From a virus, in IMG/VR virus record IMGVR_UViG_3300047476_000982, positions 120,729 through 184,728 of that record: 64,000 nucleotides of DNA, one strand, 5' to 3'. Under the pieces are notes generated by a model. The model was given only the letters and a program-made list of their open reading frames with translations. It was not told the origin of the DNA and made no database searches. Made by a program: the position numbers and the translations under genes. Positions 26,903-36,764 of this stretch are shown in pieces; position 1 is the stretch's first letter; every line of letters begins with the position of its first letter.

Positions 26903-27291
26903 TGGAGATAGTGGGATTCGAACCCACGTCTCCGAAAGAGACAATAATACTAACGTCTCACATGCTTAGTACTGCTTGCGCTGCACCGTAAGGGCTGACT
27001 TGTTATGGTCGGATCCACCACTTGATTTATTATATCGACATCAAGAAACTAACTCACAGTCCTTATTTAACGAGTCGATCGTGAATACTCGGAGTAGTTC
27101 TGTTCCTAGGTTACTCACCCGTAGTTGACTAGGCAGCTACTGCGTAGTCAGCACCAACGAATGCCATAGCATCTTCGAAGGTGAATGAAGATAATTCTTC
27201 AGCGTTTATTGTTTAGTATCTTCTAAGGCAGTATACTCAAATGCCTGCATGTAGTATTACCTCTACATCCGGATCGATACCGGTTATCCCC
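26903..27291 (-). ncRNA. ssrA: tmRNA, tag (A)AEELSSFTFEDAMAFVGADYAVAA
   Basis: GGGGATA/TATCTCC-A acceptor with G3.U70, GGTATCGA 5' motif, GTGGG-TTCGAAT-CCCAC T arm; tag ORF 27129-27203 after ATAAAC ends YAVAA-stop. Confidence 0.95.
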
Positions 27292-27293
27292 AT

Positions 27294-27305
27294 ATGTTAA
27301 AGAAC
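27294..27305 (-). promoter_or_regulatory. boxA-like antitermination element before tmRNA (second copy 26347-26358)
   Basis: GTTCTTTAACAT and GTTCTTTGACAT versus rrn boxA TGCTCTTTAACA. Confidence 0.55.
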
Positions 27306-27517
27306 TATATAGTATAGTCTACTACAGATTGTTCATCGTAAACAGTTTCATCGCTAGTAATAAGAGGAACAAATCTATTAGAGTTGAATGATGTATATCC
27401 TTCTGGCACATTTATCTCTTCTAATAGGAAGTTATTACTAACAGTTACTTGAGCTACGGTATAAACTTCACCTTCAGTAAGTACGCCTTCATATCCATTT
27501 ATACACAAAACTTTCAT
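27305..27517 (-). CDS. hypothetical protein (start MKVLCIN)
   Basis: ORF track trimmed. Confidence 0.55.
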   Translation of the reverse strand: MKVLCINGYEGVLTEGEVYTVAQVTVSNNFLLEEINVPEGYTSFNSNRFVPLITSDETVYDEQSVVDYTI

Positions 27518-27598
27518 ATAATAAGTATTTGATTTTATAGAAAAAGACGTTTCAACGGTAGTCGTTCCGAGCATTTCCCTCGACCCTTGTTCAATAGA

Positions 27599-27844
27599 TT
27601 AAGGAAGCTTAACTTCTTCTAAAGACTCATTGTCTTTATTATCTGTTGAAATTTTACTTGCTGATTCTGAACCACTGATTGCATCGTTTAATTGAGCAGA
27701 ATCAGTTACTACATTTGCAGAATCAACTGGAGCTACTACTGAATCTACAGGAGCTACAAGTGAATCAGTGGCAGGAGTTTCACCAGAACCACCACAAGAG
27801 GCAAGCATAACAAGCATTGCCATAGCGATAACCATCTTTTTCAT
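27599..27844 (-). CDS. small lipoprotein with APVDS repeats
   Basis: Lipobox LASC; TDSLVAPVDSVVAPVDSA. Confidence 0.75.
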   Translation of the reverse strand: MKKMVIAMAMLVMLASCGGSGETPATDSLVAPVDSVVAPVDSANVVTDSAQLNDAISGSESASKISTDNKDNESLEEVKLP

Positions 27845-27869
27845 TTTTCTATTTTGATTTGTTTCAATA

Positions 27870-27877
27870 CAAATATA
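27870..27877 (-). promoter_or_regulatory. Bacteroidota -7 promoter element TATATTTG (also 39849-39856 and 40183-40190)
   Basis: Matches the TAnnTTTG consensus just upstream of gene starts. Confidence 0.6.
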
Positions 27878-27928
27878 AGATAGATTTGTTTATTGGATAT
27901 AATTAATCTTTATAGTGAGATACTTTTT

Positions 27929-29119
27929 TTATTGTCCCTTACTAGGGAATTTAGTCCAACCATTAATCCAAGTAGGCATAGCTAATTCAGGAATAATAAC
28001 GTCAATCTCTTTATTACCTTTTCCTAAAGCTAGTGTTTTAAGTTGATCATTAGTTAGAATTGTAGTTGCTTTACTAATAAAATTTAAAGTTGGATTAAAT
28101 GCACCTACTGAATTGTTTTCGAATATAGATACACCGTCTTTTACTGCTTGAGCTGTTTCATTACTTTCTAAACTAAGTCCACCTTTCATCCAACCGTAGA
28201 TTGCACTATTCTTTACTGTGAATTGAGTAGCTCTTCTAAATCTTAAACCTAGATTGTGGTTCGCTAATGCGGTTTGATTATTAGGTCCAACTAATACCAT
28301 TCCAATTAATTTAGGATGCGTAAATGGTTGTGCCAGTGAGCCCACACCATCATTATCACATTCTACACCATTACCAGCATCACCGTTATCTACAAATAAA
28401 GGATCGCGTTTTGCAATACCATTTGTTACAGTTCCAGTATACCCAAAATCAAAGTCAAAATCATCATCTGCTGTAGCATAAGCATAAAGATTTTTTGGAG
28501 ATACAGTACCACCAAAAAATTCAAATGCATCGTCATTAGCGTAAATAGTTTGTACATTTTCAATTACTGTACCAGAACCTACACCACCTAAAGTAAGTGC
28601 ATTAATTTCTGAGTTAGGTAGTGCAGCAATACCGGCATACTCAATACGAACATACTTTAGTATACCACTATTATCTCCATCATCATTACCACCAAATGGA
28701 CGGCCAATACCGCCTTCAATAGTTGGTTCAGATGAACGATTAGTTTTTGCTTTACCTAATATTACAATTCCACCCCAGTCACCAGGAGACCTCTCGCCGG
28801 CGATTTTTCCTGAGGTAAAAATGATTGGTTTTGTTGCCGTACCTTCTGCAATAATCTTTGCACCTCTCTCAATGCACAAAGCACCTTTTTCTGCAATGTC
28901 ACTTTTGATTACAGTTCCAGGTTGAATAATTAACGTAGCGCCATCTTTAACATAAACGTATCCTTTTAAAGTCCATTCTTTATCAGAAGTAAGAGTTGTA
29001 GTTATTGTGATATTACCTGTAATTGTTTTGTCAGTAGGTACATTAATAGGCGCATCTATTTGTTCTTTTTTACAAGCGAATAAACCGATAATTACTAAAA
29101 ATAAAGTTAGCTTTTTCAT
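27929..29119 (-). CDS. surface lipoprotein, beta-helix-like, TBDR-associated
   Basis: Lipobox LFAC + KKE; GDWGGIVILG, YVRIEYAG, DDAFEFFGG motifs. Confidence 0.8.
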   Translation of the reverse strand: MKKLTLFLVIIGLFACKKEQIDAPINVPTDKTITGNITITTTLTSDKEWTLKGYVYVKDGATLIIQPGTVIKSDIAEKGALCIERGAKIIAEGTATKPIIFTSGKIAGERSPGDWGGIVILGKAKTNRSSEPTIEGGIGRPFGGNDDGDNSGILKYVRIEYAGIAALPNSEINALTLGGVGSGTVIENVQTIYANDDAFEFFGGTVSPKNLYAYATADDDFDFDFGYTGTVTNGIAKRDPLFVDNGDAGNGVECDNDGVGSLAQPFTHPKLIGMVLVGPNNQTALANHNLGLRFRRATQFTVKNSAIYGWMKGGLSLESNETAQAVKDGVSIFENNSVGAFNPTLNFISKATTILTNDQLKTLALGKGNKEIDVIIPELAMPTWINGWTKFPSKGQ

Positions 29120-31365
29120 AAATTCAAATTAAATGTTAATGAAATTGATTGTTCGTTATTTGTTTTAATTAAATTGCCCCTTGATTTTTGATAATAAACA
29201 GAAGGTTGGGCAAGTATATCACCTACTGCTAATTTTATTTCTCCTTTACCTACCTTACGTAAGAATACTAAATCTATAACATCTCTAGAGTTTTCAAATA
29301 TGTCATCGTATCCTTGAAAACCTACTGCTGATATTCTATCTCCAACTCTATTATAAGAAAGGTTGATTGTGTTTTTTCCTTTATGTAAATTCAATCCACC
29401 ATTTACAACATAATTAGATTGCCCTTGTAATTGTCTTTTTCTACCGTTAACAACTACTTCAGATTTAACTATAGAAGTATTAGTATAAGCATCTAACCAA
29501 TTAGTTATTTTTTTACGAAACTCTATTTCAAATCCAGCAACTAATGCTTGATCTGGATTCAAGTATGTTAGTAATAGATTTGATGGTACTGATCCATCTG
29601 CTACTATTTGTTCAATTGGCTTTTTAAAGTCTTTAATAAAGAAAGCTCCTGATATGTTTTCACTTTGTTTAGGATAGTATTCTAACTTAATATCAACGTT
29701 ATAAACATCTGTCTTTTGTAGATTGGGATTACCTAATAGTTGGGCATTACGTACAAAATCATAGTATGCAAAGTTAGCAACTTCTCTAAACTCAGGTCTT
29801 GCTAATGTTTTACTAGCAGATATTCTATACTTAAATCTATCCCATTCATAAGAAAAGTTTACTGAAGGTAAAAGGTCTAGATACTTTCTATTTACATTAA
29901 CTCTCGTACCACTAAAGTCTGCGGTTTGTACATTAAACAAATTGTATTCTGTTCTTAAACCTGCATTTACTTTCCAACCATTTAATTCGCCTTCATATAA
30001 AGCATATGCACTTGCTAAATCAAAATCTGCAGAATACTTGTCAGTATTATTAGTAATTTCGTCTAACATATCTTCAGAAGTATATCTAAAGATTCTAGCT
30101 TTAAAAGTTCTGTATTTTTTAATATAGCTTGAACCTATTTTAAAACCACCTAATTGTTTATTCACGCCGGCATTTAAACCATTTTCATCCATGTCACTCC
30201 AAAAACGATAAGTATCTCTCCATGCAATTGCATAAGGTTCATTAACTCCTAATGACTTAGTTATTGGATTAATTCTATAGTCTGGTTGTTTTCTAATCAT
30301 TAAATTATATCCTACATTAAAATCAAAAGTTTTAATCTTGCCATCAAATTGAGAATTGATTAATGTTTTAACTATATTATTAGACGCATTACTTCTTACA
30401 TCTTGAACATTATCGTAATTCTCGCCTATACGAGTTAAATAAGATTGTTCTACTTGATGATTAAATAAAGTTTTTAAACTATATCTATTTTTTCCTGTAT
30501 AAGTTACATTAAAAAGCCCATTTAACAATTGAACTCTACTAAATGAAGTATCTCTGTATTTGTATGCTAATTCTGTTGATGATTGATAATCTTGTCTATC
30601 AATATAATTTAGTGCGTAAGTATTTCTTGCAGTTGAACTAAATAATACGTTCCACTTATTTCTTTTTAATCCAAAAGAAAGCGATCCATTTAAGTTAGGA
30701 ATAGATTTAAATTCTTGAACAATTGGAGACTTTATGAGACTTGTGTAATTCTTTTTCTCTGTGTTTGTGCTTACGCGATAAATGTAAGTGGATGGAAATT
30801 GAGTGGGGAAGGTCGTATAATCCACCAATTTGAAATTTTGGGAAGTTGAAACGGCCCCGTAATTCACTCCGAGGCCTAATGAGAAAAAATCATTAGATAC
30901 ATCTTTTGTAGTTACTTGAACAATTCCTCCTGCAAAATCACCAGGCAAATTTGCTGTAGCTGACTTTGCTACTATGATATTATCTATGAGTCCTGATGGA
31001 ATAATATCAAATGAAAATGCTCTACGATCAGGTTCTGTTGATGGTAAAATAGTTTTATTCAGCATAGCAGAATTATATCTATCTGCTAAACCTCTAACTA
31101 ATACAAACTTATCGTTCTGTATAGTAACACCATTAACTCTTTTAAGTGCATCACCTACACTACGATCAGGAGTTTTCTTTATAAACTCAACAGAAAGCCC
31201 ATCAGATATAACAGAACTATTTCTGATGCTATTAATCACTGCAATGTTAGATTCTTTCTTTTGAACAGAACGAATCGTAATATTATCTAGTTTTTGATTG
31301 AATAAAGTGTCTTGGGAAAAGGATAAAACTGGAAATAGTAAAAATAGTAACGCTTTTAATTTCAT
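29116..31365 (-). CDS. TonB-dependent outer-membrane receptor (compact, start MKLKALL)
   Basis: Signal peptide; plug DALKRVNGVT...VRGLADRYN...FDIIP...PGDFAGG; barrel motifs ARPEFRE, GNPNL, QGQSNY. Confidence 0.9.
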   Translation of the reverse strand: MKLKALLFLLFPVLSFSQDTLFNQKLDNITIRSVQKKESNIAVINSIRNSSVISDGLSVEFIKKTPDRSVGDALKRVNGVTIQNDKFVLVRGLADRYNSAMLNKTILPSTEPDRRAFSFDIIPSGLIDNIIVAKSATANLPGDFAGGIVQVTTKDVSNDFFSLGLGVNYGAVSTSQNFKLVDYTTFPTQFPSTYIYRVSTNTEKKNYTSLIKSPIVQEFKSIPNLNGSLSFGLKRNKWNVLFSSTARNTYALNYIDRQDYQSSTELAYKYRDTSFSRVQLLNGLFNVTYTGKNRYSLKTLFNHQVEQSYLTRIGENYDNVQDVRSNASNNIVKTLINSQFDGKIKTFDFNVGYNLMIRKQPDYRINPITKSLGVNEPYAIAWRDTYRFWSDMDENGLNAGVNKQLGGFKIGSSYIKKYRTFKARIFRYTSEDMLDEITNNTDKYSADFDLASAYALYEGELNGWKVNAGLRTEYNLFNVQTADFSGTRVNVNRKYLDLLPSVNFSYEWDRFKYRISASKTLARPEFREVANFAYYDFVRNAQLLGNPNLQKTDVYNVDIKLEYYPKQSENISGAFFIKDFKKPIEQIVADGSVPSNLLLTYLNPDQALVAGFEIEFRKKITNWLDAYTNTSIVKSEVVVNGRKRQLQGQSNYVVNGGLNLHKGKNTINLSYNRVGDRISAVGFQGYDDIFENSRDVIDLVFLRKVGKGEIKLAVGDILAQPSVYYQKSRGNLIKTNNEQSISLTFNLNL

Positions 31366-31439
31366 ATTGTGTGTTGTCTTTAAATAGATATTTTGAGCTA
31401 GTTGCCCAGGCAATATCTTTGTATTATCAAATTATTAAA

Positions 31440-32567
31440 TTAATTAGAAGAATGAGATAGATTTATGTCTCCTAAAATACAGTACTTAATGTTTTGAGTA
31501 ACATTAGAAGTCACAACATTAATTGTAAATGAGGCTACTGGGTTAATTGTAGAATAATTGGATCTGTTTATTAAATCATAATTAGCTGAAGTAAACCATA
31601 ATACTTGATTTATAGGTCTTAATCCACTAAGGTGGGCTGCTACTAGGTAAGCATCACCTAAATCTAATATACCATTTCTATTCACATCAGCTGCTTTCCA
31701 CTGTTTAGTTCCAGTCATTACTAGACCTTGAGCCGTATTAGATGGTATGTTTATATTTTTAACTTCACCCCAAATTAAATCAAAGTCAGTTGATGTTATA
31801 CCTTGAATTGTTAATGAAGGATATATTTTGTAAGTAGTATTATTAGCTGGTACTGTAAATGAGTATGTTCCATTTGTAGCTACAGTTTTAGTTTCAACTA
31901 AATTTTCACTCGTTCCAACTATTCTATATAAACTAAGTGTAGGATATGAAATTAAAGTTGGTACTGACACTATTCCACTTATTGTAGCTAAAGGTACTAC
32001 TATACCTAATTCAGTAGGTTGTAATGAATAAGCTGATTGTGAAGGTCTTTTCCATACAACTGCCATACCATCACCCCCACCATACTCTTGCATTCGGGCG
32101 ATGAATGTATATGATGTTCCTGCAACTAAACTAACAGAACCATATTGATAGCCACTCATACCGTGACCTCCATAAAATGAAGTTACCAAAGCACCATTTA
32201 TAAGCAAATCAGAACCGTCATCAGAATTTATTCCAAATGTATAGATTCCTGTTTCTGTAGGAGTAAATACTCCACTCACTTCAACAGCATAAAAATCACC
32301 ATTATTGGGAATACTAGCACCTGCATTTGATAGTGTTGTCCACGTAGTAAAATTTAAACACGTAGTTGCATTCATAGTACCACTCCACCATAATGTAGTG
32401 TTTGAGTATGATGTATTAGTTAAAATATCCATCTGAGCTTTATTATTGGCAAAATTGGGATATTGTGAAGTATTACCATTACCAGCATGTGTACGAAACA
32501 CTTTTACATTTAGTGTTTGTCCAAATGTTAAAATAGGAAATAATAATATAACTAAGACTCTGATCAT
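31440..32567 (-). CDS. secreted PA14/GLEYA-like domain + dockerin-like protein
   Basis: FGINSDDGSDLLING, QEYGGGDG; ADVNRNGILDLGDA, GDINLSHS. Confidence 0.75.
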   Translation of the reverse strand: MIRVLVILLFPILTFGQTLNVKVFRTHAGNGNTSQYPNFANNKAQMDILTNTSYSNTTLWWSGTMNATTCLNFTTWTTLSNAGASIPNNGDFYAVEVSGVFTPTETGIYTFGINSDDGSDLLINGALVTSFYGGHGMSGYQYGSVSLVAGTSYTFIARMQEYGGGDGMAVVWKRPSQSAYSLQPTELGIVVPLATISGIVSVPTLISYPTLSLYRIVGTSENLVETKTVATNGTYSFTVPANNTTYKIYPSLTIQGITSTDFDLIWGEVKNINIPSNTAQGLVMTGTKQWKAADVNRNGILDLGDAYLVAAHLSGLRPINQVLWFTSANYDLINRSNYSTINPVASFTINVVTSNVTQNIKYCILGDINLSHSSN

Positions 32568-33823
32568 AAATTAACTTTACTACCAATTAAGAAAAATGAT
32601 AGCATTGGTATTTCAGTATTAGTACTTACATTTAGTTTATAGTTAAAGTTAAATTTAAAACGTTTAGTTATTTTATAGTCAAATCCAGATCCTATAAAAG
32701 CTGCAAACGTTCTATCCGTTGATGTTACTCTATCTTTTGCAGAATATATTAACGGAGTTGACATAATATACAATTCCGGTGATATGGTTAATTTTTTCCC
32801 TGTAGTGAATGGTTTTGTATAGAAAGCAGTTACTGTTGGACTAAAGAAAGAACTCTTGTCTTCAGATATAAGTGCACCAGACGCGCTCACATTGAATCCT
32901 GTAACACCATATTTGTTTAAATTGATAATACCACTGTAACCTGCAAAACCTATCAGATTGCCATAAGAATAAACACCGGTTATACTGAAGTTATGAATGT
33001 ATCTTAAAGATCCTGATTTGCTAAATTGCATTTTAGTGTATCTTCCTGAAAGTGCAAATTGTTTAAAATTCATCCATATCATTCCTGTTAGTCCCCAACT
33101 AGAAGCTCCAGTCATTGAAGATTGCGAAAGTCCTAAATTAAGTATTGGAGTGAAAGAACCATTTAAATTCTGGGCAGTTGTTAGATCTGATTGTACTAAC
33201 ATAGGATTAGAGTTAGAAGCCTTTGCTTTAGAGCCGCCACCTTTTCCTCCACCTGATTTGCCTCCTCCACTATTTGAACTAGTTTCTGTTTTTTGATCAT
33301 TACTAGCATCTTGACTTGATGTTGTACTAGAAGCAACTTCTTGACTTCCTTGTTCAGATCCGCCACTAGAAGACGCGCTAGATGATACGCTACTAGTAGC
33401 ACTAGAAGAAACACTAGACGTTGCACTAGATGACACGCTACTAACCGCACTAGAAGTAACTGATGACACAGCAGACGTAGATGCTGATCCTATTACATTA
33501 CTTACTACACTTTGAACTGCGTTACCTACTACTTGAGATGTAATTTGATTTTGTGTTACTTGACCAGATTGAATTGAACAAGGTGATACTTTTCTATAGT
33601 CAGAATAAACTTGATTAATCCAACTAGCTAAATTACCATTGGCTACATCACCAGCAATAAATGCTTTTGATTTATTTAGGAAAAAAATTACGGTGCCATT
33701 TGCAGGCACCATAAAAGTACTAACTTGTTTTGTACAAGGATCAATAAATGTATAGACAAGAGATTGGCTCTTAGTATAGAGTCCAATAAATAGGAACAAT
33801 ATTATGTATAATATCCTTTTCAA
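32564..33823 (-). CDS. secreted/outer-membrane protein with Ser-rich linker and C-terminal beta-barrel-like region
   Basis: Signal peptide, SSVSSSAT repeats, alternating-hydrophobic strands ending GSKVNL. Confidence 0.6.
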   Translation of the reverse strand: MKRILYIILFLFIGLYTKSQSLVYTFIDPCTKQVSTFMVPANGTVIFFLNKSKAFIAGDVANGNLASWINQVYSDYRKVSPCSIQSGQVTQNQITSQVVGNAVQSVVSNVIGSASTSAVSSVTSSAVSSVSSSATSSVSSSATSSVSSSASSSGGSEQGSQEVASSTTSSQDASNDQKTETSSNSGGGKSGGGKGGGSKAKASNSNPMLVQSDLTTAQNLNGSFTPILNLGLSQSSMTGASSWGLTGMIWMNFKQFALSGRYTKMQFSKSGSLRYIHNFSITGVYSYGNLIGFAGYSGIINLNKYGVTGFNVSASGALISEDKSSFFSPTVTAFYTKPFTTGKKLTISPELYIMSTPLIYSAKDRVTSTDRTFAAFIGSGFDYKITKRFKFNFNYKLNVSTNTEIPMLSFFLIGSKVNL

Positions 33824-33829
33824 TCATCA

Positions 33830-34552
33830 CTAAGATTTGAATACACCTTTCTTGATCATGCGAGTAAGTATTCTACCGCATGCAATATCAAGAGCTTTTT
33901 TAGTTGCGATTGAAACTGTTGATTGATTAAATTTAACTGGATCTAGAGTAGCATCATTTAATATAGTAAGCTCTCTTATTGTCTTTGCTTCACCTAAACC
34001 TGATGCTGCAATGATTTCTCCTGTCTCTGCATCAGTAAAACGAACTTGAAGACCTAAACGAGTTACCATCATATTCTTTACTCCGTCTTTCATATTAATC
34101 TCTTCATCATCACTTACACTCCAATCATACACTTCTATTTCAACAAAGTAATGAGCTAAACGAATTTTACCTCTACCATCTAACTTGTCTTGGCTTATTC
34201 CTGCTTGAGAGGCTTGAAACTGTTTAACCATCCTATTCTTAATCTCTGTTTTATCTTCTGTAAAGCTAAATCTATTAAGATTCTCCAAATATTCAAGCGT
34301 GATGTTAGCCACACCCAAACCCACTTTCTTTTCTTTGAGTTCAGGATATTGCTCATAAAGCTCATCACCAATACCACATTTGAGGATCTGAATTGGTATA
34401 GTAGGTCCATCATAATCTAATAATGAATCAATATTAATTTTTGTCTCAAATGAAGCTTTGTATTGCTCTGTAGTTGTTTTACCTACTACTTGAGCACTAC
34501 TGCTTAAACCAATAAAAATTGGTATCACTAAAAATAATAATTTATTTACCAT
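33830..34552 (-). CDS. csgG: CsgG/HfaB-like protein
   Basis: RFSFTEDK, LGLQVRFTDAETGEII, FNQSTVSIATKKAL. Confidence 0.65.
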   Translation of the reverse strand: MVNKLLFLVIPIFIGLSSSAQVVGKTTTEQYKASFETKINIDSLLDYDGPTIPIQILKCGIGDELYEQYPELKEKKVGLGVANITLEYLENLNRFSFTEDKTEIKNRMVKQFQASQAGISQDKLDGRGKIRLAHYFVEIEVYDWSVSDDEEINMKDGVKNMMVTRLGLQVRFTDAETGEIIAASGLGEAKTIRELTILNDATLDPVKFNQSTVSIATKKALDIACGRILTRMIKKGVFKS

Positions 34553-34866
34553 TGTGCAGGTTGTTCTTTAAATTCGTCGCCTTCTTTTTTCTTTTTAGGA
34601 GCTTCTTTCTTTTCAACTGGTTTTTCAACCACTCTCTCTTTAATGATAGTTGTACCACCTGAAGCAGCTTGTTGTTGCTGTTGAGTATTGTTGATAATAA
34701 TAGAAGGTTGAGCAGCAGGAGTTGCTACTGTTTCTTCTTTATCTCCGCCAAATAGTAGAGTACTAAGCCATACGCCACCGCCGGCTACTACGGTTCCTAA
34801 TGTACCTACTATAGTTTTTTTAAGTCCTGACCATGTACCATCTTGTTGTTCTAATTCTTCTGACAT
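34546..34866 (-). CDS. membrane-anchored low-complexity protein
   Basis: TM segment followed by Q/T/K-rich linker. Confidence 0.6.
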   Translation of the reverse strand: MSEELEQQDGTWSGLKKTIVGTLGTVVAGGGVWLSTLLFGGDKEETVATPAAQPSIIINNTQQQQQAASGGTTIIKERVVEKPVEKKEAPKKKKEGDEFKEQPAQW

Positions 34867-34868
34867 AA

Positions 34869-36764
34869 TTAAAGTATTAAAAAGGGTTTAGTAATAATTT
34901 TCTTTTGATCCGTCATTGATAAATAGTAGTTACCTTGTCTTAAGTTAGTAGCATCTATTTTATAATTTGCTGTTAATGCATATTCATTGCTTGATAGTTT
35001 ACCTAGATCTTTAACTGGGCGTCCAGTTACATCAAATATCATAGCATTCATATTCATGTTATTTCTAGGGAAAGTAACTACTAATTCAAACATACCGTTA
35101 TTTGGATTAGGACGAATTGATGTAACTACCTCTTCATCGCTACCATTATAATATCCAGGTATTCTTCTACTTGATAATGCTACTATATCAGACTGAAGCA
35201 CGATATTAAATCTATCTCCATTTTGATCACCTGCATCCATTAATTTACGTACTTTAATATAGCTAGTAATATCATTGTTACCTATAGGAGAAAATTTAAG
35301 TTTAAACGGCATATAATTGCCAGTTATATATCCTACGTTTTGATTATTCATTCCACCAAAACGAATAGTTCCAGTTTGTGCATCATGGTTTACATATTGT
35401 AACCACGGACCTTGAATATTAGATACAATCTCTTCAAATTTTACTTTAGTTCTATCATAAGTCATTTCAAATTGAAGTGATGCATTTTGAAGTCCATTCG
35501 TACTAACATTCATTGGAACATATAGTGGTTCTCCTACATTAGCAAATGTGTTAGGTATGTTAACATTTAAGTTGCCTATAGTATTATAAGCCACTATTTC
35601 TTGGTTGTTAGCATCAAATACAGGTGATGAGTGGCTTCTATTTACGTCACCTACAATTGCATATTTAAGATTAACTACAAGATTAGCTGTACCTATACTG
35701 TCATAAACAAAGTCCATTCTATCTAAGAATGCAGGCCAAGATGTCCATTGATTTTCACCTAATACTAAATTATCATATTCAGTAGCAGTAAATACTTTAA
35801 TTAATCCTGCCGTATCGATTTGTTTTAAACCAGCTACAGAAGCATAAATACCATAAGCGTCTCCACCATCTAATCCAGCACTCTTATTAATATCAGCTTG
35901 TAAGTAACTCAATCCTGATTTTAAGTATTGTCTTGTGTATACTTGATTTACATCTGTATTAACAAATTCATCATACACTTTAGCACCATCAGTTATTGTT
36001 ACAGCGTTATCTCTAATTGTAGTTAATTCAGCTTTAGGGAATAATAATTGTATTTTATATTTTGTATTTTGTTCAATATTATCTAATGTGTAAGTACCAT
36101 CAGTAGCAATAGCAACACTTGAAGCAACGGTACCATCAACTGCATCTATTGCTAATACTGTAGGTTTAGAAGTCATATTAGCAGCCAACCATACTTTACC
36201 TGAAATGGTTAAGTTACCTTTTAAGAATACGGACATGCTCTTATTAGTAAGATTAGCTACATTATCTCCTATTGTATTACCATCTTGAGTGAATAATCTA
36301 GCCCAGTTAATTGTAATAGAATCAGATACGAAGTTTGCTTCTACTGAGTTAATTTTATACTTGTTGTGTATAATATAAGCTTGAGATCCAATTTGATTAC
36401 CACTAGCTAAGATTAAATAGTTACGAGCTACAGTCCAAGCAGTGTCAGATACATAAGTATAATTACCTGCGGTATAGCCTGAGTATTTAGAATTATCAAA
36501 TTGCTTATAGTCAATATAAGGAGTTTGAGTTGCAAATGCTACATCAACAGTAGTTGCAATGTGAGTTAAAAGTCTTTTCTTATATTGAAAGTCAACTTGA
36601 AATGTACGAACATCTTTACTAGCAATAGGTTGATAATACCAGGCAACATCTAAAGTGTCACCTCTTTTAACAGTTGCGAGCTGTTGAAAGTGTCCGATTG
36701 AAGGTTGTTGGGCAAAGGAAGCATAACTAATTAATACTGCAAGCAGCGTTAATAGTTTTTTCAT
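34869..36764 (-). CDS. cohesin/dockerin-like protein with T9SS C-terminal sorting domain
   Basis: Cohesin-like VGEPLYVPMNV...LQFEMTYD; ADINKSAGLDGGDA; CTD SIRPNPNNG...IFDVTGR...GNYYLSM...KPFLIL. Confidence 0.8.
   Translation of the reverse strand: MKKLLTLLAVLISYASFAQQPSIGHFQQLATVKRGDTLDVAWYYQPIASKDVRTFQVDFQYKKRLLTHIATTVDVAFATQTPYIDYKQFDNSKYSGYTAGNYTYVSDTAWTVARNYLILASGNQIGSQAYIIHNKYKINSVEANFVSDSITINWARLFTQDGNTIGDNVANLTNKSMSVFLKGNLTISGKVWLAANMTSKPTVLAIDAVDGTVASSVAIATDGTYTLDNIEQNTKYKIQLLFPKAELTTIRDNAVTITDGAKVYDEFVNTDVNQVYTRQYLKSGLSYLQADINKSAGLDGGDAYGIYASVAGLKQIDTAGLIKVFTATEYDNLVLGENQWTSWPAFLDRMDFVYDSIGTANLVVNLKYAIVGDVNRSHSSPVFDANNQEIVAYNTIGNLNVNIPNTFANVGEPLYVPMNVSTNGLQNASLQFEMTYDRTKVKFEEIVSNIQGPWLQYVNHDAQTGTIRFGGMNNQNVGYITGNYMPFKLKFSPIGNNDITSYIKVRKLMDAGDQNGDRFNIVLQSDIVALSSRRIPGYYNGSDEEVVTSIRPNPNNGMFELVVTFPRNNMNMNAMIFDVTGRPVKDLGKLSSNEYALTANYKIDATNLRQGNYYLSMTDQKKIITKPFLIL

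Noticed and set aside
27520-27598. Hammerhead or riboswitch in the small GC-rich intergenic patch (contains GAAAC)
   Set aside because: No CUGAUGA core and only short competing hairpins; too little support to call.
33230-33490. Ser-rich repeat as a VNTR or DGR target
   Set aside because: Codons are diversified (a protein-level linker), and no reverse transcriptase or TR/VR pair is seen.
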